The notes under the pieces: model-generated
The model's input: only the letters and a program-made list of their open reading frames with translations
Database searches by the model: none
Told to the model about the DNA's origin: nothing
Part shown: positions 7,585 through 16,594 of the stretch, piece after piece
Position numbering within the stretch: position 1 is the first letter of the stretch
Layout: every line of letters starts with the position of its first letter
NCBI GenBank assembly: GCA_902492825.1
Contig: CABUMZ010000001.1
Coordinates: 1-34,789, forward strand
DNA from: an uncultured Collinsella sp.
Lineage (GTDB): Bacteria > Actinomycetota > Coriobacteriia > Coriobacteriales > Coriobacteriaceae
DNA: 34,789 nucleotides
Direction of reading: 5' to 3'
Position numbers and translations under genes: made by a program

Positions 7585-9644
7585 TACGACCCACCGCCCA
7601 GAGCGCCAACCAGCGTGGCGACATCGACGGCGAGCGGGATGGAGCCACCGCCGGGCAGAGGAATCTCCGCAAGTGTGAACACCGTACCGCTAATGGTGCG
7701 TTCGACTTGATATTCCAACGCCTCGCAAAGCGCCTTGGGATCGGTCACGCCCAACGGAATACTTCGCAGTTTGTCTTGCGTTTGAGAGAGACCCGCAATG
7801 TCAGACCCCGGACTCTTAATGACGTTGGCGGAATCGGTCAGCACCGGCTTTCGCAGGCGCAAGTCGCACGGTTCCAAACCTAGCGCCGCCACGGACGCCG
7901 AAACGGTATCGCCGAGCCACGATGCAATGGAGCCCAACGCACCGCCGCCCCCTCCTAGGTCTTTAATCATCTCGTCCATAAGTTCGTCGGCCGAACCTTG
8001 GATGTCTCCGTATCCCACGAGTAGCCGTCCCCAAACATCCATGACGCCGTCGAGCACGCCGGCAACGCCGCCCGAGCGTTCCTTCAATGTCGAGAAAAAT
8101 CGCGAAAGCACGTTGTTTTGCGCCGTCGCCTCATCGGGGGCCAGCACCGCGGCAGAGATAGCACCGCGATCGCCAAGCCTGACTGCCGCGTTAAACGAGG
8201 AGTTAAGTTGATCGGGGCTGGTAATGTCACCCGAAACTGCAAAGGCGACCACGCCGTTACGGCCAGGTGGGGCGATACGCGGGCGCTCGCCGGAAAGCGC
8301 TTTAATGGCTTGGTCAAACGCATTGCCCGCACGGTCGGCCTCATCCTCGGTCTGACGCTCAAGTTCGAGTTCTTTGTTGCGGCATTCGACGTAGTCTTCC
8401 AGAGCCTCTTTGAATCGATCAAAGTGGTACTCAAAGCCGTTTTCGATAGAAGTCGAAGGAGCCGCAACGGCACCGAGCGACGAAACACCAAAATGGCATC
8501 TATTGCATTTGTCCTGCCCGTCATAAGCAGCAACCGAGGCCAGCCCGCATGGCGCCCCCTTCTTATAGTTGGGGCAACTCGTTCCGTAATGCAGATACGT
8601 CTTGCCATCGATGGCACTGGTTGGCCACACCGTATCGATATAGAGTTCCGTCGCTCGCACCTCGTCAGTGTTGCGCGGCAACAGCGGGATATAGGAAGCG
8701 ACTTCATCTCCGTCCTCGGTTACATATGCACGATTGACCTCTGTACTCGCATAGGTGTAAAACGCCTTGCGCGCCGCCGACTGCGCTTTCATCTCGACGC
8801 TCGATCCCTGAGGTTTTTCATTCGCCAAGCGCTGTCGGTAATAGGTTTTCGCGCGATCGAGCGCTATTTGCGGCTCCCATGTGATGCTCGACTTTTCATG
8901 ACGGTTCTGGCTGTCAGATAGTTCTGCTAGTTTTTTCGCACGCTCCCACATACACGAGTACTTGCCAATCGAACTCTCGTCCGACCCACCACAATCCGCC
9001 AGCCAAGCGCGCTCTTTAGCCTTCGCCGTGTCCTCAGAAGCCTTCCGCAGCTCCTCGGCTGCACGCTCTAAATCATCTGATGTGTCTTTAATGGCATCGG
9101 TCGAGATCTCTGACCCTTTGAGCGCAGCGAAGTCCGACTCGGATGTCCTGGGCACGGCAAGTGCCGTACCGGTATAGGCCACACTATCGGTATCCTGCGC
9201 CGACACCGCCTGCGTGGCACGCGCGGCAATCAGATACGGCAGAGCCGTCTCGATTTTCTGTAAGCCTTCCGATGCGCTTTTGGCAAACTTGTTGCGCGTT
9301 TTAATAATCTCAATCCCGGTGTCGACCATATTGCCGGCAACTGGTTCGGCACCCGGGATGAGGATGGCGACCAGACCCGTCCCGATCGTGGCAAACCCCG
9401 CCAGCCCCAGACTCAAGATGCTCGCATCAACCACCGTGGCAGCCGTGTGATAGGACGACGCTACGTTGGCACCCGCCAGCGCGCCGCTATCGGCCGCCAC
9501 CTGGGTATCCCCGGCACGCGACATGCTCCATATCGCCGCGGTCGACGAAAACAACAACGTGAGCACCACTAGGATGACCACGGCAGAAGAAAGCGTGGTG
9601 TAGGCACCGTCTTCGATAAACAGGTCGATACCGGCGCGGCCCAT
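7584..9644 (-). CDS. Large TadG-like pilus-associated protein (~686 aa; start could be 9737)
   Basis: N-terminal TM followed by QVAADSGALAGA (Tad-type motif), coiled-coil region, Cys/His cluster; lies within the tad operon. Confidence 0.7.
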   Translation of the reverse strand: MGRAGIDLFIEDGAYTTLSSAVVILVVLTLLFSSTAAIWSMSRAGDTQVAADSGALAGANVASSYHTAATVVDASILSLGLAGFATIGTGLVAILIPGAEPVAGNMVDTGIEIIKTRNKFAKSASEGLQKIETALPYLIAARATQAVSAQDTDSVAYTGTALAVPRTSESDFAALKGSEISTDAIKDTSDDLERAAEELRKASEDTAKAKERAWLADCGGSDESSIGKYSCMWERAKKLAELSDSQNRHEKSSITWEPQIALDRAKTYYRQRLANEKPQGSSVEMKAQSAARKAFYTYASTEVNRAYVTEDGDEVASYIPLLPRNTDEVRATELYIDTVWPTSAIDGKTYLHYGTSCPNYKKGAPCGLASVAAYDGQDKCNRCHFGVSSLGAVAAPSTSIENGFEYHFDRFKEALEDYVECRNKELELERQTEDEADRAGNAFDQAIKALSGERPRIAPPGRNGVVAFAVSGDITSPDQLNSSFNAAVRLGDRGAISAAVLAPDEATAQNNVLSRFFSTLKERSGGVAGVLDGVMDVWGRLLVGYGDIQGSADELMDEMIKDLGGGGGALGSIASWLGDTVSASVAALGLEPCDLRLRKPVLTDSANVIKSPGSDIAGLSQTQDKLRSIPLGVTDPKALCEALEYQVERTISGTVFTLAEIPLPGGGSIPLAVDVATLVGALGGGS

Positions 9645-9708
9645 AAAGCCGCCTCGCTTGCGATGGCAGCTCGGACGGCGCGTCAAAACGCATCTAGACC
9701 AGAAACGC

Positions 9709-10181
9709 TTAATCCCATGCAGCAATCCACGAATCATAATCTCCCTCCAGCCATTCGGGACGCGATTGATACGAGACATCGACCTTGAGCTCAACGTAGC
9801 CGCCCTCGGCGGTACCACCCATAGCCCGCGCAAACGCACCGATCACAGGCAACGGCTTGACCTCGCCAGAAACGGACACGGCCGAGACGCCACCCGCACC
9901 GGCCCGGCCAAGCTCGATATCCCACGACAACGGCCCGCCGGCATGAAAGATCGAAACGTTGGGCACTGCGGCAAGCCGGCGGCGGGTGAACTCCTTAAGA
10001 TCGTCGTCCTCCGCCGTCGTCGTGGTCATGAGCCGCGCGGTCTCGGCGGCGGCAGGCTCCATGACCGCGCGCGTATAGAGCAGGCACACCGGCTGCAGCG
10101 CCAACAGGACGAGCGTCAGAAACGTCGGCAGCAGGAACGCCGCCTCGACCGTAGACTGCGCCCGGTCCTCGCGCGCAGCAT
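9709..10181 (-). CDS. TadE family pilin-like protein; natural start appears out of frame
   Basis: EDRAQSTVEAAFLLPTFLTLVLLALQP...AAAETARL; the nearest ATG (10181, overlapping the upstream stop) is 2 nt out of frame. Confidence 0.7.
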
Positions 10182-10399
10182 CAATACAGCACGATGTCCT
10201 TAGCGCCCGCAGCGGCGTCGATAACCGACGTCGAGGCAACGCCATGGGATGCCGCCCGCTCGACCAGCGCCGCCAAGCGCCCATCGGTGCCAGCACGCCA
10301 AAGCCCCGCGATCGCCAGCACGATGGAAAGCAGCGCCACCGTGACGATGGCGTATTCCACAGTCGCTTGGGCAACCTCTTCACGCAGAACGCCATGCAT
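10181..10399 (-). CDS. Flp-like small pilin
   Basis: 72 aa, EEVAQATVEYAIVTVALLSIVLAI (EY Flp motif); RBS AGGAGG. Confidence 0.8.
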   Translation of the reverse strand: MHGVLREEVAQATVEYAIVTVALLSIVLAIAGLWRAGTDGRLAALVERAASHGVASTSVIDAAAGAKDIVLY

Positions 10400-10400
10400 T

Positions 10401-10907
10401 TCACGATCCCTCCTTTGAGCTTATTGTTTGCGGTACCAGGCGCACGGCGCGCAGACGACACGAAGCATCGCCGGTATCCGCGGCAACCGTCACCATATCG
10501 ACCCAGCCGCGTCCGTCACGCACGATAGCGCCCCATACGTTGCCCTTAATATCGAGATAGCCGCTCAGGGCGAGCTGGGCCGTTGGCACCTCGCGGTAGG
10601 CGCGTAACATATCCGCCGCTGCCTCGGTCATCGGTCGGTCCTCGGACCATGCAAGCCGGACCGCAATCGCGTTGTCCTCAGACGAATCCGTCGCAGTGCC
10701 AGACCGCTTGTCGAGCGTCCGCAGAAAGGTTTGCGCCGTGACAGCGACATCCGAATCGTCCACATCTCGCATCTCATCTTTTTGAGACGCCACCGCCGAA
10801 TCTGAGCCCGAATCGAAGGCGGCCCCAGGACGCTGCTGCCGCGCGGCGTTAAGCCCCCAAAGCACCGCCGCTATCGCCACGGTCAGGCATGCAAACACCA
10901 GCAACAC
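10401..10907 (-). CDS. Membrane-anchored hypothetical protein in tad operon (start uncertain, up to 10964)
   Basis: N-terminal hydrophobic helix VLLVFACLTVAIAAVLWGL followed by a soluble domain; tightly packed between pilin genes. Confidence 0.7.
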   Translation of the reverse strand: MLLVFACLTVAIAAVLWGLNAARQQRPGAAFDSGSDSAVASQKDEMRDVDDSDVAVTAQTFLRTLDKRSGTATDSSEDNAIAVRLAWSEDRPMTEAAADMLRAYREVPTAQLALSGYLDIKGNVWGAIVRDGRGWVDMVTVAADTGDASCRLRAVRLVPQTISSKEGS

Positions 10908-10927
10908 CCCGATGGGGCGCTCGCCCT

Positions 10928-11161
10928 CTACAGGCTGTTGATGCCCTCGCTGATAGCGTTCCATAGATCTTGGACCTTGCCTTTAAATGCAACGATGGCA
11001 ATAATCGCGATCACCACAAGCACACCCACCAAAATGGCGTACTCGGTGGTACCCTGCGCGCTCTCCTCCTGCAACAGCTCCTTGGCATGCTGGCGAGCGA
11101 GAATCGCCCGGCAAAAAGCCCAGTTCCAAGCCTTGTCAGCAACTTCGACCATCGTGTTCAT
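10928..11161 (-). CDS. flp: Flp family type IVc major pilin
   Basis: 77 aa, EESAQGTTEYAILVGVLVVIAIIAIVAF; strong RBS GGAGGAA. Confidence 0.88.
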   Translation of the reverse strand: MNTMVEVADKAWNWAFCRAILARQHAKELLQEESAQGTTEYAILVGVLVVIAIIAIVAFKGKVQDLWNAISEGINSL

Positions 11162-11171
11162 GTATTCCTCC

Positions 11172-11813
11172 CTACATCATCCCGCCTGCTCCCAGCAGCG
11201 GGCCCAATATGGACAGAAGCAACGCCGGCAAGATGGGCGTGCCGGTGGGAATCAGCAGCTTGACGGGCGCACGCTCAATCTCGCGCTCGACCGCGGCGCG
11301 ATGAGCCGCACGGATCTCGCGACTTTGAGCGGCCAACGTCTCGGCAAGTGGGGCACCCAGAGCGAGCGCCTGCCCCACCGTGATGGCAAAGGTCTCGAGC
11401 GCTCGCACGTCCAGGTCGCGCGCGGCGGCCAACAACTCGTCCTCACGCGTGCCCACGCCCACCCGCCACGCCATGCAGGCCCGCTCAAGGCGAAGAGCCA
11501 GCACTGACCGGCGGTTGGCGCAGAAAATCTCAAGCGCCGCATCAAACGAAAGACCGGCCGAAAGGCCCAAGCGCACAACATCGATCATCTCGGACACTTC
11601 GCCGAGCGACACTCGCGCCGGGCCGCCCGCTCCAACCGCGCCCTTCACTCGCGCGGTCAGGGCATCGACCACCGAGCGACCCGCGGCAGCGACCAGCACC
11701 GCCTCGCGCTTGCAGGCCCCTGCGATCTTGCGCGCATCCGCCCGATCCAAACCCGTCGCGACAAATACACTCAGGGCACACAGGCAAGCCACAACTGCAA
11801 CCAGGGCGCTCAT
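11172..11813 (-). CDS. tadC: TadC / T2SS-F family membrane platform protein
   Basis: LSAGLSFDAAL, QALALGAPLAETL, ERAPVKLLIP; ATG overlaps the tadB stop. Confidence 0.85.
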   Translation of the reverse strand: MSALVAVVACLCALSVFVATGLDRADARKIAGACKREAVLVAAAGRSVVDALTARVKGAVGAGGPARVSLGEVSEMIDVVRLGLSAGLSFDAALEIFCANRRSVLALRLERACMAWRVGVGTREDELLAAARDLDVRALETFAITVGQALALGAPLAETLAAQSREIRAAHRAAVEREIERAPVKLLIPTGTPILPALLLSILGPLLGAGGMM

Positions 11814-12736
11814 AGCTCCACCCGCATAATGCGCCGGATAACCACCAGGGCAACGACGTTGAGGGCTAGACCCAGCACCACAGCGCCCGCACCGGCAGGC
11901 GTCGCAAGACCGCGACGAAAATCTGCCGAAAGCAGCGCCAACACCGCGCACATGCCCGCCGGCATCGCCGCGACCATATGCGCAGACATGCGAGCCTGCG
12001 ACGTCTTAACATCCAGGCGGCGCTTGAGCTCAATGCGCTCCCCCACCATGCTCGACGCCTCGGACAGTAAGTCGGCAAGCGGAGCACCGGTGCGCTGAGA
12101 CACCTTAAGCGCCAAGGTCACAAGCGAAAGGCCGGGGGCGTCGATGCGCACGAGCAAGTCATCGAGCGCGTCGGTCGCCGAGATGCCGCAATCGATCGCC
12201 GCCGCTACCCGCAAAAACTCGGTATGTACCGGCTCTTGCGCATGAGCGCCCACAAAGCGCATGCCCTGGGCCAGCGAATGTCCCGAGGCAAGCGACATGG
12301 AAAGTGCGGTAAACGCCTCGGGCATGGCCTCTTCTGCATCGTGTTGCTCGCGCCGGCTCTCAAAGCCATCCCGAGCGGCGCCAACGGCAATCGGAGCAAC
12401 AAGTCCCAAGGCAAATCCGAGGGGCGATAACGACACCATCGTTAGTAAAACGCAGCAGACACCGCTCGATAGCAGCAGAAACGCCAAACGCCCCGAAGCA
12501 TCTTCAATCACGAGGCCAAAGCGATGCGCCGGAGCCAGCGATGCCCACGAACGGGCGATCTTTTTCAGCAGATCGTTTTCCACCAGCTCACGCGGCAGCT
12601 TCTCTGCCACCGTCTCGAGCGCCTGACGCGCCAGCTCCGCCGGCGGTACCTGCGGCACACGAGGTTCCGCCCCGCACGCCGTCGCAACAGAAAACCCTGC
12701 CAAACCCCCTACGACGAGGGGCACAGCGACCTCCAT
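11810..12736 (-). CDS. tadB: TadB / T2SS-F family membrane protein
   Basis: MPEAFTALSMSLASGHSL, QRTGAPLADLL, TSQARMSA, TM helices. Confidence 0.87.
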   Translation of the reverse strand: MEVAVPLVVGGLAGFSVATACGAEPRVPQVPPAELARQALETVAEKLPRELVENDLLKKIARSWASLAPAHRFGLVIEDASGRLAFLLLSSGVCCVLLTMVSLSPLGFALGLVAPIAVGAARDGFESRREQHDAEEAMPEAFTALSMSLASGHSLAQGMRFVGAHAQEPVHTEFLRVAAAIDCGISATDALDDLLVRIDAPGLSLVTLALKVSQRTGAPLADLLSEASSMVGERIELKRRLDVKTSQARMSAHMVAAMPAGMCAVLALLSADFRRGLATPAGAGAVVLGLALNVVALVVIRRIMRVEL

Positions 12737-14037
12737 TCGTCCACCTCCTCTTGTGTGAGCGTCCCCGACCGCAGGCCTTCTGCGATAAACGGCGGCTCGC
12801 GGTCAAGCGTCCAGGTGCGCTCGGCGGCATCGAAAGTCACATAGCGCTCGAGTTCTACGCCGCCCGACGCGGCGCGACGCACCCCCGAATACGAGGAGAC
12901 GAAACGCCTGCCATCGGCGTGGCGCTCGGACATCACGATGCCGTCGAGCGCCATGGCAATCTGCTCCTCGATGAGCTCGCTCGGCAGATCGATGCCATAA
13001 CGTGCAAGCAACGTCAGACGCACCACGGTCTCCTGTTCTGAACCCGCATGAAGTGTGGTGAGCGACCCATCGTGGCCCGTGTTCATGGCCTGCAACATGT
13101 CGCAGCACTCGGCACCGCGCACCTCGCCCACCACGATGCGGTCGGGGCGCATGCGCAGGGCATTGGTCACCAGGTCGCGGATCGTCACCGTGCCCTCGCC
13201 CTCAATTGAAGCCTCGCGCGCCTCTAGGCGCACCACGTGCGGATGATGCGCAAACTTGAGCTCGGCAGAGTCCTCGATCGTCACGATGCGCTCGCCGGTG
13301 GAAATCTCGCATGACAACGCGTTGAGCAGGGTGGTCTTACCAGATCCCGTGCCTCCCGCAACCGCCAGGTCCTGTCGCAGCGACACCGCGCACGACAGCA
13401 GCTGCGCATACCAAAGCGGCAGCGACCCCAGCCCCACAAGCTCGTCCAGCGAGCAGATACGGTCCGAGAACTTTCGGATGGTGAGAATCGGTCCGTCAAT
13501 CGCCACAGGCGGAATCACCGCGTTGACGCGATAGCCCGTTTTGAGGCGGGCGTTGACGATGGGGCTGCGCTCGTCGATACGGCGGCCAAGTGGCGAGATG
13601 ATGCGGTCGATAAGCACACGGATCTGCTCATCATCCTCAAACGCATGCTCGATGGGGTGCAAGACGCCGCCGCGTTCAAAGAAAGCCGAGCGGCAGCCGT
13701 TGATCATGATCTCGGTAACGGTGTCGTCCTCGATGAGCGGCTGCAACGGCCCCAGGCCCACTACGTCATCCAAAATCTCGTCGATGATGGTCTCGCGCTC
13801 GGTCGTCGCGAGATCGGTCGGTTCCTCAACATTGAGCGCCGCCTCCACCGCGGGACGCAATTCCGAGCGGGCAAGTGCCGGGTCGATATAGGCGCTGATA
13901 CGCGCCACTTCGTCGTAACCCATGCGGTCCATCACGGCGCGCTTGGTGCGTCGTTTCACCGCGCGGCGACGCCCAGCATCTACAGGCGCTGCCCCCGCTG
14001 CAGCGCCGGCAGCCTTAATCCTCGTTTGCAGGCTCAT
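12709..14037 (-). CDS. tadA: Tad pilus assembly ATPase CpaF/TadA
   Basis: [17 protein letters not shown] Walker [31 protein letters not shown]. Confidence 0.95.
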   Translation of the reverse strand: MSLQTRIKAAGAAAGAAPVDAGRRRAVKRRTKRAVMDRMGYDEVARISAYIDPALARSELRPAVEAALNVEEPTDLATTERETIIDEILDDVVGLGPLQPLIEDDTVTEIMINGCRSAFFERGGVLHPIEHAFEDDEQIRVLIDRIISPLGRRIDERSPIVNARLKTGYRVNAVIPPVAIDGPILTIRKFSDRICSLDELVGLGSLPLWYAQLLSCAVSLRQDLAVAGGTGSGKTTLLNALSCEISTGERIVTIEDSAELKFAHHPHVVRLEAREASIEGEGTVTIRDLVTNALRMRPDRIVVGEVRGAECCDMLQAMNTGHDGSLTTLHAGSEQETVVRLTLLARYGIDLPSELIEEQIAMALDGIVMSERHADGRRFVSSYSGVRRAASGGVELERYVTFDAAERTWTLDREPPFIAEGLRSGTLTQEEVDEWRSLCPSS

Positions 14038-15686
14038 CGCTGATCACCCTCGCGCGACCAGGGAAGGCGGATACGCGGGCGTTCGGTGCGCGTTGCACGG
14101 TCGGCGACCATATCGCTCCAAGGGCCGACGGCGCACCCCAGTTCCACGAGCATCTCGCGCGTGGCCTCGCGCACGCTGGTCGCAAAAGCGCTGGTCTGCC
14201 CCACTGCCTCATCAGCGCGCCCAAACGCCATGAGCGCGGCGAGATCCTGCCCGCCATCGGCGATACGAATCTTGGAGCTCAACGCACAGGCAATCTCAAA
14301 GCGCATGGCGACGTCCTCGTCTGCCCCGCGCGCACCGAACCGGTTGAACACGGCGCTCATGCGCGTGCGCGGCACACCTACTCGACTTGCCAGTTCAATG
14401 ACGCGCGACGCCGATGTCGCGGACGACACCGCAGCATCGCCAACGATCAGGCAACGGTCGCTCGCCGCCACCGCAGCCGCCACGGCGTCGCCCCAAAAGA
14501 CCGAGGTATCGATAAAGACCACGTCGGATTCGCGACGCAAAACATCAAGCAGTAGCTCCACCGGACGTGCCATGAGCTCGGCTTGCTCGGGCGCCGCAAC
14601 GGGACCCCAGAGCGTAACGCCTGGCGCCACGCGCATCGATGTGGCTACGATATCCGGCTCGGTGAGCGCGCCCGCCGCCGCCGGCTCGATAAGTGCCGCC
14701 ATATCGCGCGGAGCATCGACGCCTAACAAGTCGTAAAGGTTTCCAAACATCAGGTCCAGGTCGAGCACGGCGGCACGCAAGCCCAACAGCGACGATGTGC
14801 GTGCCATGGTGGCAACGATCGTCGACTTGCCGCAACCGCCCGAACCCGAAATGGCGCAGATGACCGGAGCTCGATGCTGCGGAGCGGCAGCGTCTGCCGG
14901 CGGCATCGGAGGCGGCGGGGCGGGCGTCGGCGACAGCGTCCCCGTCTCCCCCGCCGCAACCACACGCTGCGTCCAAGCCGGCATGGCAGCTTGTTCGGTC
15001 TGCAAGGCAGGCTCGTTCTGTGCAATCTGCTCATGCTGCATCAGCGACAACTCGCCGCACCCGGCAAAGCCCTCAACTTCGTCGAGTTCATCCGCCAGAT
15101 TCACGCCGTGCACGTATCCCATATCTACAGCCGGGGAGTCGCCAGCATGCTGTGCCGGCCCTCCAGCGTCATCGTATACAAGGGGGTTCCGGGGGCGCCG
15201 ACCATGCTCGGCTTCCGCTTTTCCATAATCATCAACACGCGGGCCTCTTGTAGCGCGAGGCGCCCCGGGTTCCCTATCAACAAAAGCATCGGGCTCAATC
15301 GTCATGCGCCGATCGGAATCAACCGCTCCCTCGCCCGCGCGCCCGTTGCCGCATATACTGTGCGCAGCGATGACCTCGGTCGCCCCCGCGCGAAACAGTC
15401 CCTCGATATCCGACGGATCGAGCGCTTCTATCAACACGACCACGCGACTCACGCGGCCTTCGGCCGTCAGGCGCGCAACAGTCTTGCGCACATCTTCGAT
15501 ATCAAACAGAGACGCCGCGATGATGGCAGCCCCGCGGCGCGACGGAAACGCCCGCGCCATGGAAACCAGCCCGTCCAGGTCACCCACGCGAAGCACCTGT
15601 GCACCCGCATCACGGCCCTCGACTTCCTGCTGCAACAGCCCGTAATCGCCGCACGCGCAGCACGCAAGCCAGATCGCCTTCATCAC
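14034..15686 (-). CDS. cpaE: CpaE/TadZ-like MinD/ParA-family pilus localisation ATPase
   Basis: Receiver-like N-terminus, Pro-rich linker, GSGGCGKS P-loop, DLDLMFG, VFIDT, FNR. Confidence 0.8.
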   Translation of the reverse strand: MMKAIWLACCACGDYGLLQQEVEGRDAGAQVLRVGDLDGLVSMARAFPSRRGAAIIAASLFDIEDVRKTVARLTAEGRVSRVVVLIEALDPSDIEGLFRAGATEVIAAHSICGNGRAGEGAVDSDRRMTIEPDAFVDREPGAPRATRGPRVDDYGKAEAEHGRRPRNPLVYDDAGGPAQHAGDSPAVDMGYVHGVNLADELDEVEGFAGCGELSLMQHEQIAQNEPALQTEQAAMPAWTQRVVAAGETGTLSPTPAPPPPMPPADAAAPQHRAPVICAISGSGGCGKSTIVATMARTSSLLGLRAAVLDLDLMFGNLYDLLGVDAPRDMAALIEPAAAGALTEPDIVATSMRVAPGVTLWGPVAAPEQAELMARPVELLLDVLRRESDVVFIDTSVFWGDAVAAAVAASDRCLIVGDAAVSSATSASRVIELASRVGVPRTRMSAVFNRFGARGADEDVAMRFEIACALSSKIRIADGGQDLAALMAFGRADEAVGQTSAFATSVREATREMLVELGCAVGPWSDMVADRATRTERPRIRLPWSREGDQR

Positions 15687-16342
15687 TCGTCGCCTCCGCT
15701 CTTTTTGCCGCGCGCCGTGGCGGGAATCGTCAAGCTGACCGTTCCCTTGCCCGAGGCTCCCAGCAGTTCCTTGACGTCTTCGGGGTCAGCCGCCAGCGTC
15801 ACCCATTCGATCTTGCCCTCGCGCGTGGCACCGGAATTCTCACTGGTATCGATCACGTGCGCGCCGCACAGTCGATCGGTTACGCCATCTTTTTGCACGT
15901 ACACGTCCACATAGCTGCCCACGCCCGTGGCACCGCCGACCGAGTGCTCGGCATCGACCGCCACCGAAACGGCGACCTTGCCCTTAGGCACCTCGAGCTT
16001 GTGGCTCTCGGCCTTGGTGTAGACATTGCAGATCACGGCGTTTTTGGGAATACGCGAAGTCGTCACGTCGCCGCGCACCTGGCGCAGCTCGGTCGCCGCG
16101 TCACGCGGCAACAGGCTCGTCAGCCATTCCTGGGTTATGACATTGGTCTCATCGAGGGTCTCGCCCACATCGATATCGCGCGCCGCGACGCATACCTCGA
16201 CGCGATCGCCACCGTACTTGGCCAAGGTCTCAGCCTGGACCTGTTCGGCTTGCGAGCGGATCGACGAGCCGTAAACCATGCAGAGCAGAGCAGCGAGCAC
16301 GCCCGCGACCAGACTGATGGCGATGCGCTTGCTCTTGTTCAC
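15683..16342 (-). CDS. cpaB: Flp pilus assembly protein CpaB/RcpC (SAF domain)
   Basis: N-terminal TM, VCVAARDIDVGE (SAF), VPKGKVAVSV, GSYVDVY; GTG start with RBS AGAGGAG. Confidence 0.85.
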   Translation of the reverse strand: MNKSKRIAISLVAGVLAALLCMVYGSSIRSQAEQVQAETLAKYGGDRVEVCVAARDIDVGETLDETNVITQEWLTSLLPRDAATELRQVRGDVTTSRIPKNAVICNVYTKAESHKLEVPKGKVAVSVAVDAEHSVGGATGVGSYVDVYVQKDGVTDRLCGAHVIDTSENSGATREGKIEWVTLAADPEDVKELLGASGKGTVSLTIPATARGKKSGGDE

Positions 16343-16542
16343 GGCCGCTCCTCTCATGGCAGTGCCGGGCGAATGCCCGTACCACCATTGTCTGGGCGGT
16401 CAAAGTGCAAAGCGGCGCAATTGCGATTTTGGTTTTCGATGTCAAACCAATCGCTGACCAAAAGCTGACCAGCCCGTCAAGCTCGTGGCAAGGTTTTGGT
16501 CAGTACGTCAGCAAACTGCATGTTTCGAGGCTTTTCCGCAGC

Positions 16543-16577
16543 AAAAAAGCCGTCTCCCGAACAGTTGGGAGACGGCT
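16543..16577 (-). terminator. Terminator after rsgA
   Basis: AGCCGTCTCCCAA-CTG-TTCGGGAGACGGCT followed by TTTTT. Confidence 0.85.
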
Positions 16578-16594
16578 GTCATAGGAAAAATCAA

